A stretch of DNA of 64,000 nt from Clostridiaceae bacterium (lineage in GTDB: Bacteria > Bacillota > Clostridia > TANB77 > CAG-508): positions 108,010 through 172,009 of the forward strand of contig JAETPW010000003.1 in assembly GCA_021771025.1 (NCBI GenBank), in the 5' to 3' direction. Positions 30,929 through 40,490 of this stretch are shown piece after piece; position 1 is the first letter of the stretch; the number at the start of each line of letters is the position of its first letter. Under the pieces are notes generated by a model. It saw only the letters and a list, made by a program, of their open reading frames with translations, did no database searches and was not told where the DNA came from. Made by a program: the position numbers and the translations under genes.

Positions 30929-32950
30929 TTATAATTCTTTTTCTTCCCTCTTTTGTTTTAACTGATTACCCATTGGTTCTCTTTTTAGGACAAAAGAATT
31001 ATCTCCATTTAATCCATTTCTAGAGCTAAATAAAACTTTTAATCTGTCTAAATAGGCATCGTAATCGTAAGTTTTACACTTTTCATCATTCAAATCAAAG
31101 TTTTGTGCATAAATACTTTTTATTTTTTTACTTACTTTTGCAAATTCTTCAATTCCTTGATTAAATGTACTAATATCAGAAGTGATTATTGTCCCTATAA
31201 TTTCTTCTAACAATTTCATTACATTGGCATCAGAAAAAATGGTATTTCTGATATCTTTTAGTATACCCATTTGAGCTGCTCGATTATTTTCTATTTTATG
31301 AATAATAAGAGGGATTAAATCCATTCTTCTTTCTTCTTTAAGACTTCTTATCATTTCTTGTACTTTTTCAAATTCTAACTTTGTACATTGTGTCCCATCA
31401 ATTACGGCAACTGGTATACCTAATTCAGCAGCCATTCTTTTGGTTTCTACCCATCTGTGATTTTTATTATCATGGATATCATCAATAGTTTCTGCGATAA
31501 ATACGGCAAAAGAAGGAGTTCTATTTACTAGTTTACCATCTATTTCCATTTTTCTTTCAATAAATAATTCATTATAATATTTAGAAAAATTTTTTTGATT
31601 TTCAGGTGTTAAAAACATATTTCCTTGTAAATCTTCATAGCGTTCAAAGGGAAAATTTACAGTTCCAGCATCTTTATTACTTGCCCTTAATAATTGGTTT
31701 TCTCCTAGATCGGAAAAAGCCAATAAGTAACTTTCATCAACTACTCCTAGAAAATCATTTCCTATGTATGAGCATGATATGGTATGATTTTCATCAGTTC
31801 TATCCCAATCAGCTTTTAAATCATCATAATTATGGTTGAGAAAAAAGATTCCTCCTAGTGAAGTTAATATCATATTAAAATCTGCTCTATCATTATTTTT
31901 TCCTAAAACATTATAAATTTTTACATCAAATTTTTTCCCCTTTGTTTTCACTGTCTGTGTTTCAATATAATCTTCGTCATTTATTTGATATAAAGTTTCT
32001 TGATACTGATGTAGATAGGCATTTCTTAAATTTGGTACAATATTAATTGTTCCTGTATAATTAGCATAATTTTCATCTAAATTGATCTGTCTTAAACTGT
32101 CAATGTCATTATCTTCCAATATAGCTTTTAATTCTTTAATTATTCTTGTTTCTTCTGATTGTTCAATATTTTCTGCGTCATTTCCAAAGGCAGTACATAA
32201 AATTTTTGCTTTTTCTAAACTCATTCCGTATTTTGTTTCTAATATGGCATACTTTATTCTGTCTATATCACTTAAATCTTGCATATCGTATAGAAATCCA
32301 AAAGGAAATAAAGATATTTCTTCTTCGGAATTCATAATTTTTTCATATTCTTCTTCCGCTTTTTGGGGATTAGTTATTATTTGCATACCCATTTTTTTTC
32401 TTTCTTCATAGTAATCATTTAATTCACTTAAATTCTGTAAATTAAAGTTACTATTGCTAAATAAGATACTAATTGCTTTCAATCTATCTTTTTCACTTAA
32501 ATTTTGCAATTGTTCTAATTGTATATTTATACAGGAACATGGATAAAAATTTGCAATTCTTTCATTAAAATCCACTAAATGATAATTTAATAGATAAATA
32601 TAGGTCTGCAATTCTTCCCTAGATAGTTCTAATATATTTTCTTGTAAAGCTACATCAGTAATGATTCGTTCAAACTTAGCTTTGCCAAATAAATCGACGA
32701 ATTGCTTATCTAACATTCTAACGTCTAATGTTTCTAGTAAATGATTATTTCTCGTTAATAATTCTTGTAATAATTCCTTAGCCTGCTTTTGATCTAACTC
32801 ATTTGGGAATAGTTTATTTATTTTATCTTCGATAGATTTATCGTATGTTTTTGAAAATCCCAATTTACTCTTCATTTTAGCCAAAACATTAGCAAACCAT
32901 TTTTGGATAAGATTTTTCTTATACTTTACTAATTGATTATGAATAATCAT
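30929..32950 (-). CDS. Hypothetical 673-aa accessory protein
   Basis: Long ORF with AGAGA SD-like site; no family confidently recognised. Confidence 0.85.
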   Translation of the reverse strand: MIIHNQLVKYKKNLIQKWFANVLAKMKSKLGFSKTYDKSIEDKINKLFPNELDQKQAKELLQELLTRNNHLLETLDVRMLDKQFVDLFGKAKFERIITDVALQENILELSREELQTYIYLLNYHLVDFNERIANFYPCSCINIQLEQLQNLSEKDRLKAISILFSNSNFNLQNLSELNDYYEERKKMGMQIITNPQKAEEEYEKIMNSEEEISLFPFGFLYDMQDLSDIDRIKYAILETKYGMSLEKAKILCTAFGNDAENIEQSEETRIIKELKAILEDNDIDSLRQINLDENYANYTGTINIVPNLRNAYLHQYQETLYQINDEDYIETQTVKTKGKKFDVKIYNVLGKNNDRADFNMILTSLGGIFFLNHNYDDLKADWDRTDENHTISCSYIGNDFLGVVDESYLLAFSDLGENQLLRASNKDAGTVNFPFERYEDLQGNMFLTPENQKNFSKYYNELFIERKMEIDGKLVNRTPSFAVFIAETIDDIHDNKNHRWVETKRMAAELGIPVAVIDGTQCTKLEFEKVQEMIRSLKEERRMDLIPLIIHKIENNRAAQMGILKDIRNTIFSDANVMKLLEEIIGTIITSDISTFNQGIEEFAKVSKKIKSIYAQNFDLNDEKCKTYDYDAYLDRLKVLFSSRNGLNGDNSFVLKREPMGNQLKQKREEKEL

Positions 32951-33083
32951 GATTTCTCTTTCTCTAACTATTTTTTATACTTCAATTATAGCATGACATT
33001 TTTTATTCTACAATGGTATAATTAAAAACAATGGTTGTATCTGATACTAGATAATACTTTTACACAAACTTTCATCTTTAACG

Positions 33084-33137
33084 TGTCCCCAAAACGAAAA
33101 AATCTTCCTTTTGAGAACCGTCCCCAAAACGAAAAAA
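33084..33137. repeat. GGGGACG-core repeat; right end of an inverted pair
   Basis: 34-bp perfect plus ~20-bp degenerate inverted match to 30764-30817. Confidence 0.9.
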
Positions 33138-33141
33138 AGAG

Positions 33142-33170
33142 TTGAAAAAGAAAGAGTTTAATGGTAGAAT
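33142..33170 (+). promoter_or_regulatory. sigmaA-type promoter of prmC-whiA
   Basis: TTGAAA-17-TAGAAT with extended TG. Confidence 0.65.
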
Positions 33171-33191
33171 AAGGCAAAAGAAGGTGATAAG

Positions 33192-34037
33192 ATGAAAATA
33201 AAAGAAGCCATTCAAAAAGGAGCTGTTTCTTTAAAAATGGAAAATATTGATACGCCTAAGATGAAAGCAAGATTAATTATGCAATTTGTTATGCAGAAAG
33301 ATAGGCAGTATATTATTGTACACGATCAAGAAGAAATGACTCAGAAGCAAGAAGAAAGATATAAAGAAGCTATTGAAAAAATAAAACAAGGAATTCCTTT
33401 AGAACATCTTACTCATCAAAAAGAATTTATGAAATTAACTTTTTTTGTGAACGAAAATGTACTCATTCCAAGACAAGACACGGAAAAATTAGTAGAAGAA
33501 GTAATCACCATAGCTAAACCAAAAAAGAAAGTAAAAATCTTAGACTTATGCACAGGTAGTGGTGCAATTGGGATTTCTTTAGCTAAATATTTACCGGATA
33601 GCGAAGTAACAGCTAGTGATATTAGTCATGAAGCCATACAAATAGCTAAGAAAAATGCGATTTATAATCAAGTAGAAAACCAAGTTACATTTATTGAATC
33701 AAATTTATGGGAAAACATTCCTAAAGAAAAATATGATATCATTGTTTCCAATCCTCCCTATATCAAGCGAGAAGTCATTCAAAACTTAGATAAAGAAGTA
33801 AGACAAGAACCGATAATAGCGTTAGATGGAGGATGGGATGGACTTACTTTTTATCGTAAAATTATTCATCAGGCTAATGAGTATTTAAAATTCCAAGGTC
33901 ACTTATGCTTAGAAATTGGATATGATCAAAAAGAAGATGTAATCGAGTTAATCCAAGAACAAAAAACGTATGAAACTCCTATTTGTTACCGAGATTATGG
34001 GGGAAATAATCGAGTTATCATAACTCAAGTAAAATAG
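33192..34037 (+). CDS. prmC: Release factor glutamine methyltransferase
   Basis: VLIPRQDTE, LDLCTGSGAI, VSNPPYI, ALDGG.DGL.FY, EIG. Confidence 0.96.
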   Translation: MKIKEAIQKGAVSLKMENIDTPKMKARLIMQFVMQKDRQYIIVHDQEEMTQKQEERYKEAIEKIKQGIPLEHLTHQKEFMKLTFFVNENVLIPRQDTEKLVEEVITIAKPKKKVKILDLCTGSGAIGISLAKYLPDSEVTASDISHEAIQIAKKNAIYNQVENQVTFIESNLWENIPKEKYDIIVSNPPYIKREVIQNLDKEVRQEPIIALDGGWDGLTFYRKIIHQANEYLKFQGHLCLEIGYDQKEDVIELIQEQKTYETPICYRDYGGNNRVIITQVK

Positions 34038-34065
34038 AATAAAAAGGAAAGAAAAGGAGGAAAAA

Positions 34066-34986
34066 ATGTCATTTTCATCTGAGGTAAAAAAAGAACTTAG
34101 CGAAATAGCTAATTTAGCCAATAAAAAACTCGTGAAACAAGAACTAATAGGATACCTAATTTCCTGTAATAGTAGCCTAATAGCTAAAAAGAAAATCCGC
34201 TATGCCACAGAAAGTGAATATAACATCAACCGTTTTTCCAAATTATTAACTAACCTCCAAATCGACCATGAAATTGAGATAGAAGGAGCCTCCTTTGTTA
34301 TCACCATAAACAAAAAACAAATCGATTTTATCCAGTTTATTAAGCTAGAAGAAAACAAAATAAAAATAGGAGTAGAAGAGCAAACAGAAAAAAGCGAAGA
34401 AGAACATAAAGCCTTTATTCGAGGAACATTCTTAGGAGGAGGTTCAATCAACAACCCAGAAAACACTTATCATTTAGAAATTGTCTATTCCAGTAAAGAT
34501 AATGCAAACCTAGCCAAAACAATATTATCAAAATACCAAATCATAACCAAAGAACTAGAACGAAAAAATAAATACTCACTATACGAAAAAGAAGCAGAAC
34601 AAATATCCAACTTATTAGCCTTTATGGGAGCAAACCGTAGCGTGCTTAACTTTGAAGAAATACGAGTACAAAAAGAAATGAGAGGAAAAGTCAATCGCCT
34701 AGTCAACTGTGAAACAGCAAACCTCACCAAAACCATCAATGCCTCAATCGAACAAATCGAAGCCATCAAAAAATTACAAGAAACCAATCAATTTAGCCAA
34801 CTAGATGATAACTTAAAAGAAATTGCCCTACTACGTTTAGAAAATCCAGATATGTCATTAGTGGAATTAGGAAAAAAATTAAACCAACCAATAGGAAAAT
34901 CAGGGGTCAACTATCGTTTAAAAAAAATTATCGAATTATCCAACTTATCAAATTTACCCAATTGGGGACGTCCTGAAAAAAGGTAA
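34066..34986 (+). CDS. whiA: DNA-binding protein WhiA
   Basis: MSFSSEVKKEL, FLGGGSINNP..YHLE, NRLVNCETANL, KSGVNYRL. Confidence 0.95.
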   Translation: MSFSSEVKKELSEIANLANKKLVKQELIGYLISCNSSLIAKKKIRYATESEYNINRFSKLLTNLQIDHEIEIEGASFVITINKKQIDFIQFIKLEENKIKIGVEEQTEKSEEEHKAFIRGTFLGGGSINNPENTYHLEIVYSSKDNANLAKTILSKYQIITKELERKNKYSLYEKEAEQISNLLAFMGANRSVLNFEEIRVQKEMRGKVNRLVNCETANLTKTINASIEQIEAIKKLQETNQFSQLDDNLKEIALLRLENPDMSLVELGKKLNQPIGKSGVNYRLKKIIELSNLSNLPNWGRPEKR

Positions 34987-35008
34987 AATTACTATTTTAG
35001 GGACAGGG
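34951..35008. repeat. GGGGACG-core palindrome overlapping the whiA 3' end
   Basis: aatttacc-caattggggacgtcctgaaaaa-aggtaaaatt, then gggaca. Confidence 0.65.
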
Positions 35009-35060
35009 AGAAAATGAATAAAACATAAAGAAAAACAAAAAAATGAGGAGAATTAGAAAT

Positions 35061-35420
35061 ATGTTTAAGAATTTAACTGAGCAAGAAAAAGAAGACAGAT
35101 TTAATGGATTAATGGATTATGCAGATAAAATAAACAACAATAGTTTAAAAAAGGTTTGTAAAGAAATATTAATAACCTAAAAAGAACTATTTTGCCGAGG
35201 AGCAGGGCATGATGGAATCGAAATTAATCTTGTTTATGAGCAGATTGTTAAGCCACCACTATCCTTTACCTATAAGCTTACTAACATAGATATGGGAATT
35301 GCATTATGCCATTATGCGTTAGCTTGTGAACATTATGGTAGACCATTCATATTTCAACGAAAAAATGGAGTGTCGGACAAAAAAGGATATAAACTATTTG
35401 GAGAGTTAACGATTGATTAA
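35061..35420 (+). pseudogene. Degraded ORF with internal TAA; 3' part resembles a nitroreductase-family C-terminus
   Basis: GAGGAG SD; MFKNL...EILIT* then in-frame KELF...IDMGIALCHYALACE...TID*. Confidence 0.6.
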
Positions 35421-35548
35421 TAGGCGATAAAGAGGTTTAATATTAATGACTAGAAATAAACAGAAAAGAAATACAGCAGATAACGTTCTTTCCAATGGAA
35501 CAGTTTATTGGAATACCATTACTTATCAACAATAAAAGGAGATTAAAA

Positions 35549-36760
35549 TTGAAACAAACCGAAGCGGGAATCTACATCCACCTACCCTTTTGCCCCAAAA
35601 AATGCGATTACTGTGACTTTATATCCTACCCCAATCAATACCACCAGCAAGAAAAATACATCACTAACCTAATCCAAGAAATAAAAGCACAAAAAGAGTT
35701 ATTGAAGCAAAAGGAAATCACCACCATCTATTTTGGAGGAGGAACTCCTTCATCAATCGAATCAAAATGGATACAAAAAGTATTAAGTGAATTAAAAACC
35801 ATACTAGGCGAAAATAAACAAAGAGAAATTACCCTAGAAATCAATCCGGGAACTGTCACCAAAGAAAAACTACTAGATTATCATAAAGCAGGGATTAACC
35901 GTTTAAGCATAGGTCTACAAAGTGCAGAGGATACCCTCTTAACCCGAATCGGAAGAATCCATACTTGGAACGATTTTAAGCAAACCATTCAGTTAATCAG
36001 CAAAATAGGGTTTACCAATTACAATGTAGACCTAATGATAGGCCTACCAAATCAATCGATTGAAAACATAAAAACAAGCATAGACCAAGTACTAAATTTA
36101 CCCCTAAAGCCAAACCATCTATCTGTCTATTCGCTCATCGTAGAAGAAGGAACACCAATAGCAAGCCAGCTAGAAAAGGGAAGTATCACTCTGCCAGAAG
36201 AGGAAGAAGAACGTCTGCAATATCACTACGTAAAAAATCGCTTAGAACTAGCTGGATACACTCATTATGAAATTTCTAATTTTGCCAAAGAAGGATACCA
36301 ATCAAAACACAATACCAATTGTTGGGAACAAAAAGAATACTTTGGGTTTGGCGTAGCTGCCCATTCCTACTTAGAGGGAGTAAGATTTTCCAATACAGAA
36401 GACCTAGAAGAATACCTAGCACAAAACAAAAACGATTGGGAAAACCAAAAAATAGAAAAATGGATTCACTCAATTGATGAGACAAAACCATTTCCCCAAA
36501 CTAGAGGAATTCGTACCATTCATGAAAAACAAACCCAAAAAGAGCAAGAAAAAGAATATATTATGCTTGGGTTAAGAATGTTAAAAGGAATATCCATATC
36601 AGCATTCAAAGAAAAATTTGGGCAAAATCCACTCTATCTTTTTCACCAGCAATGGGCAGGATTAGTAAAGGAAGAACTCATTGAAGTAGACTTAGATCAA
36701 ATTCGTTTAACGAGCAAAGGATTAGACTTAGCCAACCTAGTTTGGGAAGAATTTATTTAA
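35549..36760 (+). CDS. hemW: Radical SAM heme chaperone HemW
   Basis: YIHLPFCPKKCDYCDF, YFGGGTPS, YEISNFA, HNTNCW; TTG start after AGGAG. Confidence 0.9.
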   Translation: MKQTEAGIYIHLPFCPKKCDYCDFISYPNQYHQQEKYITNLIQEIKAQKELLKQKEITTIYFGGGTPSSIESKWIQKVLSELKTILGENKQREITLEINPGTVTKEKLLDYHKAGINRLSIGLQSAEDTLLTRIGRIHTWNDFKQTIQLISKIGFTNYNVDLMIGLPNQSIENIKTSIDQVLNLPLKPNHLSVYSLIVEEGTPIASQLEKGSITLPEEEEERLQYHYVKNRLELAGYTHYEISNFAKEGYQSKHNTNCWEQKEYFGFGVAAHSYLEGVRFSNTEDLEEYLAQNKNDWENQKIEKWIHSIDETKPFPQTRGIRTIHEKQTQKEQEKEYIMLGLRMLKGISISAFKEKFGQNPLYLFHQQWAGLVKEELIEVDLDQIRLTSKGLDLANLVWEEFI

Positions 36761-36793
36761 GAAAACGTAAAACAATTGACAAGGAGAAAGTAA

Positions 36794-38107
36794 ATGAAAG
36801 AAAAACAAAAAGAACGTAAATGGGAATGGAGAAGGCTAGACAATTCAGCTAAAATATTCCCCATATCCACGGGAAAAAAATACAGCAGTGTTTTTCGTTT
36901 ATCAGTAGTATTGACGGAAAATATTCAGCCCAAAGCCTTGAAACAAGCTGTTAGTCAAGCACTAGCCAAATATGAATCCTTTCGTGTCAGAATGAGAAAT
37001 GGATTTTTTTGGAACTATCTAGAATATAATCCCAAAGAACCAATCGTAGAACAAGAAAAAGATTATCCTTGCCAATACATCAACCCAAGAACAAACCATG
37101 ATTATTTATTTAAAGTAACGTATTTTGATCAAAAAATAAATATAGACATATTTCATTCATTAACCGATGGAAATAGTGGCACCAACTTCTTCAAAGAAAT
37201 CATCTATCACTATTTAGAAATAACTCATCCAGAAGACTTTAATGAAGAAATAAGAGGAAACCGAAAAATTGAATATTCCATAGAAGATAGTTACCTCAAA
37301 AATTACGATAAAAAAGCCAAAGGAAATGCCTCATCAGCAAAAGCCTATCGCCTAAAAGGAAAAAAATTAGCCTTAGGGGCAGTTTCAGCCATTCATGAAA
37401 TCATCGATCTAGAACAACTAAAGAAAGTCAGCAAAGAAGAAGGAGCAACCGTTACTCAATACTTAACAGCAATACTCATCTATGTTATCTACCAAGAGAA
37501 TTACTTAAAAAATAAAGGAAAAAAACCAATCAAAATTTGTATCCCGGTCAACTTAAAAAAATATTTTCCATCCAATACGATAAGCAACTTTTTTTCCTAT
37601 ATAACGGTAATTGCCCAAATGGAAAAACAAGGCTTAACCGACTTTAACAAAATATTAGCTTTTGTCAAAGAGGAATTTAAAGAGAGGTTAACGCCAGAAG
37701 AAATTGGAAAAACAATGTCTTCCAATGTAAAATTAGGCATTAATCCATTCATCAAAATGATTCCCCTATTCATCAAAAAACCATTAGTTCGTTTATCCTA
37801 TGTAGAAATACGTAAATATACCACCACAACATTTTCCAATATAGGAAGAATAGGAATTATTGGAAAATACCAAAAATACATCCAAGAATTTTTGATGTTA
37901 ATTGCTCCTGAACCAGTAGAAAAAATAAAATGTGCAGCATGTTCTTTTGAAAACAAAATGGTCATGACATTTACCTCAGTACTGAAAGAAGGAAACATAG
38001 AAAAAGGGTTTTATGAATTCCTCTCCCAAAAAGGAATTCCAATCCAAATAGAAAGTAATGGTGTTATTGATGTTATATCCACAGAAACTAACCAGCAAAA
38101 AAAGTGA
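36794..38107 (+). CDS. Alcohol acetyltransferase/condensation-like protein
   Basis: W.RLDNSAKIFP, FHSLTDG (HxxxDG), FSNIG. Confidence 0.75.
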   Translation: MKEKQKERKWEWRRLDNSAKIFPISTGKKYSSVFRLSVVLTENIQPKALKQAVSQALAKYESFRVRMRNGFFWNYLEYNPKEPIVEQEKDYPCQYINPRTNHDYLFKVTYFDQKINIDIFHSLTDGNSGTNFFKEIIYHYLEITHPEDFNEEIRGNRKIEYSIEDSYLKNYDKKAKGNASSAKAYRLKGKKLALGAVSAIHEIIDLEQLKKVSKEEGATVTQYLTAILIYVIYQENYLKNKGKKPIKICIPVNLKKYFPSNTISNFFSYITVIAQMEKQGLTDFNKILAFVKEEFKERLTPEEIGKTMSSNVKLGINPFIKMIPLFIKKPLVRLSYVEIRKYTTTTFSNIGRIGIIGKYQKYIQEFLMLIAPEPVEKIKCAACSFENKMVMTFTSVLKEGNIEKGFYEFLSQKGIPIQIESNGVIDVISTETNQQKK

Positions 38108-38633
38108 TACATTAATTCGTATTTTTATCGGAATATCAGTAGTAATAGCTATCGTCTTAGTCATCATCAATAAAATAACTACCCCAGATTTACATTGGGC
38201 AGCATTAGTTAACGCGGGAATGATTTATGCATGGGTAACGGTGATTTATGCCATTCATAAACATACGAATATTGCCGCACACGTTATGCTCCAGACGATA
38301 GGAGTATCATGCCTAACCGTATATATCGACTATAAATTAGGTTTTCAAGGATGGTCTTTTGATATTTCCATTCCTATCATGGTAATCATTGCTAATATCA
38401 CGATGCTTGTACTGACCATTATCAGCCACAAAAAGTTCCTTCGCTATGCCATTTACCAGCTCATTATTTGTGCCTTTAGTTTAGGAACACTATTTTGGGT
38501 CTATGAAGGAATAGTTCATCAAAAGACATTAAGCTATATTGCCAGTTCAATCTCACTTATTAATTTTATCGTAACCCTATGTCTATGTGCAAAAGACGTA
38601 AAAGAAGAAATCATTCGAAAATTTCATCTATAG
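38070..38633 (+). CDS. Multi-TM protein (DUF6320-like) coupled to the acyltransferase
   Basis: Six hydrophobic segments, GWS..I.IP, ends EEIIRKFHL. Confidence 0.7.
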   Translation: MLYPQKLTSKKSDTLIRIFIGISVVIAIVLVIINKITTPDLHWAALVNAGMIYAWVTVIYAIHKHTNIAAHVMLQTIGVSCLTVYIDYKLGFQGWSFDISIPIMVIIANITMLVLTIISHKKFLRYAIYQLIICAFSLGTLFWVYEGIVHQKTLSYIASSISLINFIVTLCLCAKDVKEEIIRKFHL

Positions 38634-38654
38634 AGAAAAAGCAAAGAGGAAAAG

Positions 38655-38995
38655 AGGGAAAAAAGGGGACGCCCTTTTTTTCCCTAGCTAAAATTTCCCT
38701 ATTTTGTATTTCTTTACTTGACTTTTACCGTTAATGAGTAAAGGGAAACATGGATCTTTTCCATTTGAGTATTATTGAAAGACAAGAACTTCCACCGTAA
38801 CGTGAGTCTGCTTCTTTAGTGGATAGCTTGTTAGATTAAAATCAGAACTAAGCAGTAAACTTAAGAAGTAAATAAGAAAAGTATTTCACCAGCAAAAGAT
38901 TCCTAAAGTAATAGCTTGATCAGAATAAGAAAAAAGAAAATAGGGAAAAATTTAATAGGGAAAAAACGAATAGGGAAAAAAAGGGCGTCCCCTTT
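38655..38995. repeat. GGGGACG-core inverted pair enclosing ~280 bp of non-coding DNA
   Basis: 38662-38686 is the exact reverse complement of 38971-38995; tagggaaaaa subrepeats at 38941, 38956, 38971. Confidence 0.9.
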
Positions 38996-39027
38996 AGAAA
39001 AGTAAATAGAAAGAGGAGGAGTTTAAA

Positions 39028-40215
39028 ATGGCTAGAAAAATAACAAATCGAGTAACATGGGTCGGAAAGACCGATTGGGAGTTAAAAAAATTTCATGGAG
39101 ATGAGTTTACGACGATTCATGGATCATCGTACAATAGTTATCTAATTAGAGATGAAAAGACAGTTCTTATTGATACGGCTTGGTTACCTTTTGACCGTGA
39201 GTTTGTTAAGCAATTAAAAGAGGAAATTGAGTTAAGTCAAATTGATGCAATTATAGCCTTACATGGAGAAGTAGATCATACAGGGGCATTAGTAGAGCTT
39301 ATGAACCAAATGCCAGAAAATACACCAATTTATTGTACGGCTAATGGAGTAAAATCCATAAAAGGTCAATATCATCAAGATTGGAATTTTCAAGTGGTAA
39401 AAACAGGAGATACTTTATCGTTAGGGGAGACAAGCCTTACTTTTATTGAAGCACCTATGCTTCATTGGCCAGATACGATGTTTGCTTATTTAAGTGAAGA
39501 AAATATTTTGTTTAGCAGTGATGGATTTGGGCAACATATGGCTTCTGAGTTTTTGTATGCTCATGAAGTAGATAAAGCAGTATTATATCATGAGGCATTA
39601 ACTTACTATGCTAATATTTTGGCACCATTTAGTATGATGGTTACGAAAAAAGTAAAAGAATTATTGGCAATGAATTTACCAATAGAAATGATCTGCCCAA
39701 GCCATGGATTAATTTGGAAAGAAAACCCAAGTCAAATTGTAGAAAAATATTTAGAGTGGGCAAACGAATATCAAGAAAACCAAATTACCATAGTTTATGA
39801 TACGATGTGGAATGATACAAGAAAAATGGCAGAAATGATTTCTCAGGGAATTCAAAACAAAGATAAGGAAGTTACCATTAAATTGATGAATGCAGCTAAA
39901 GATGATAAGACAGATATTTTAACCGAGGTATTTAAGTCTAAAATGGTGTTAGTAGGGTCGCCTACGGTTAATAATGGATACCTTCATTCCATTGCTGGAA
40001 TTTTGGAAATGATAAAAGGAATGAAATTGAAAGGAAAAAAGGCTGCTGCTTTTGGAAGTTATGGCTGGAGTGGAGAATCAGTTAAACAGATAACAGAGGA
40101 ACTTTGTCATGCTGGATTTAATGTGATAAATGAAGGAATTCGCGTGATGTGGACTCCTGATGAAGAAGCAGAAAAACAATTGATTACTTTTGGAGAGAAT
40201 TTGGTACAAGAGTAG
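39028..40215 (+). CDS. fprA: Flavodiiron protein (FprA/NorV family)
   Basis: YNSYLI, HGEVDH, LHWPD, CPSHG, flavodoxin AFGSYGWSGE. Confidence 0.93.
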   Translation: MARKITNRVTWVGKTDWELKKFHGDEFTTIHGSSYNSYLIRDEKTVLIDTAWLPFDREFVKQLKEEIELSQIDAIIALHGEVDHTGALVELMNQMPENTPIYCTANGVKSIKGQYHQDWNFQVVKTGDTLSLGETSLTFIEAPMLHWPDTMFAYLSEENILFSSDGFGQHMASEFLYAHEVDKAVLYHEALTYYANILAPFSMMVTKKVKELLAMNLPIEMICPSHGLIWKENPSQIVEKYLEWANEYQENQITIVYDTMWNDTRKMAEMISQGIQNKDKEVTIKLMNAAKDDKTDILTEVFKSKMVLVGSPTVNNGYLHSIAGILEMIKGMKLKGKKAAAFGSYGWSGESVKQITEELCHAGFNVINEGIRVMWTPDEEAEKQLITFGENLVQE

Positions 40216-40223
40216 GATAGGGA

Positions 40224-40290
40224 TAGGGAAAAAAAGGGGACGCCCTTTTTTTCCCTAGTTGAAATTTCCCTAGTTGAATTTTCCCTATTG
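40224..40290. repeat. GGGGACG-core palindrome with tttcccta subrepeats
   Basis: tagggaaaaaaagggg-acg-ccctttttttcccta; direct copy of 38655-38686. Confidence 0.88.
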
Positions 40291-40361
40291 TATTACAATA
40301 CCAGTTTGCTGAAAATGGTAACAAAGAGGAATAACAAATCTAAAATTCCCCTGTTTTTGGA

Positions 40362-40390
40362 TTGACATAATTTGAAAAACAAAGTAAAAT
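40362..40390 (+). promoter_or_regulatory. sigmaA promoter of rlmN
   Basis: TTGACA-17-TAAAAT. Confidence 0.75.
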
Positions 40391-40490
40391 AAAAAGGAAA
40401 GATGGATTTTATGGTGAAAACCGTTTTGATATAATTTAATATGCTGAAAGGGGAAATGTGTTGGCGTAAAAGGCTGACATAGAAATATAA

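Noticed and set aside
20718-32950. Two accessory minus-strand ORFs are both exactly 673 aa
   Set aside because: No sequence similarity is visible; treated as coincidence
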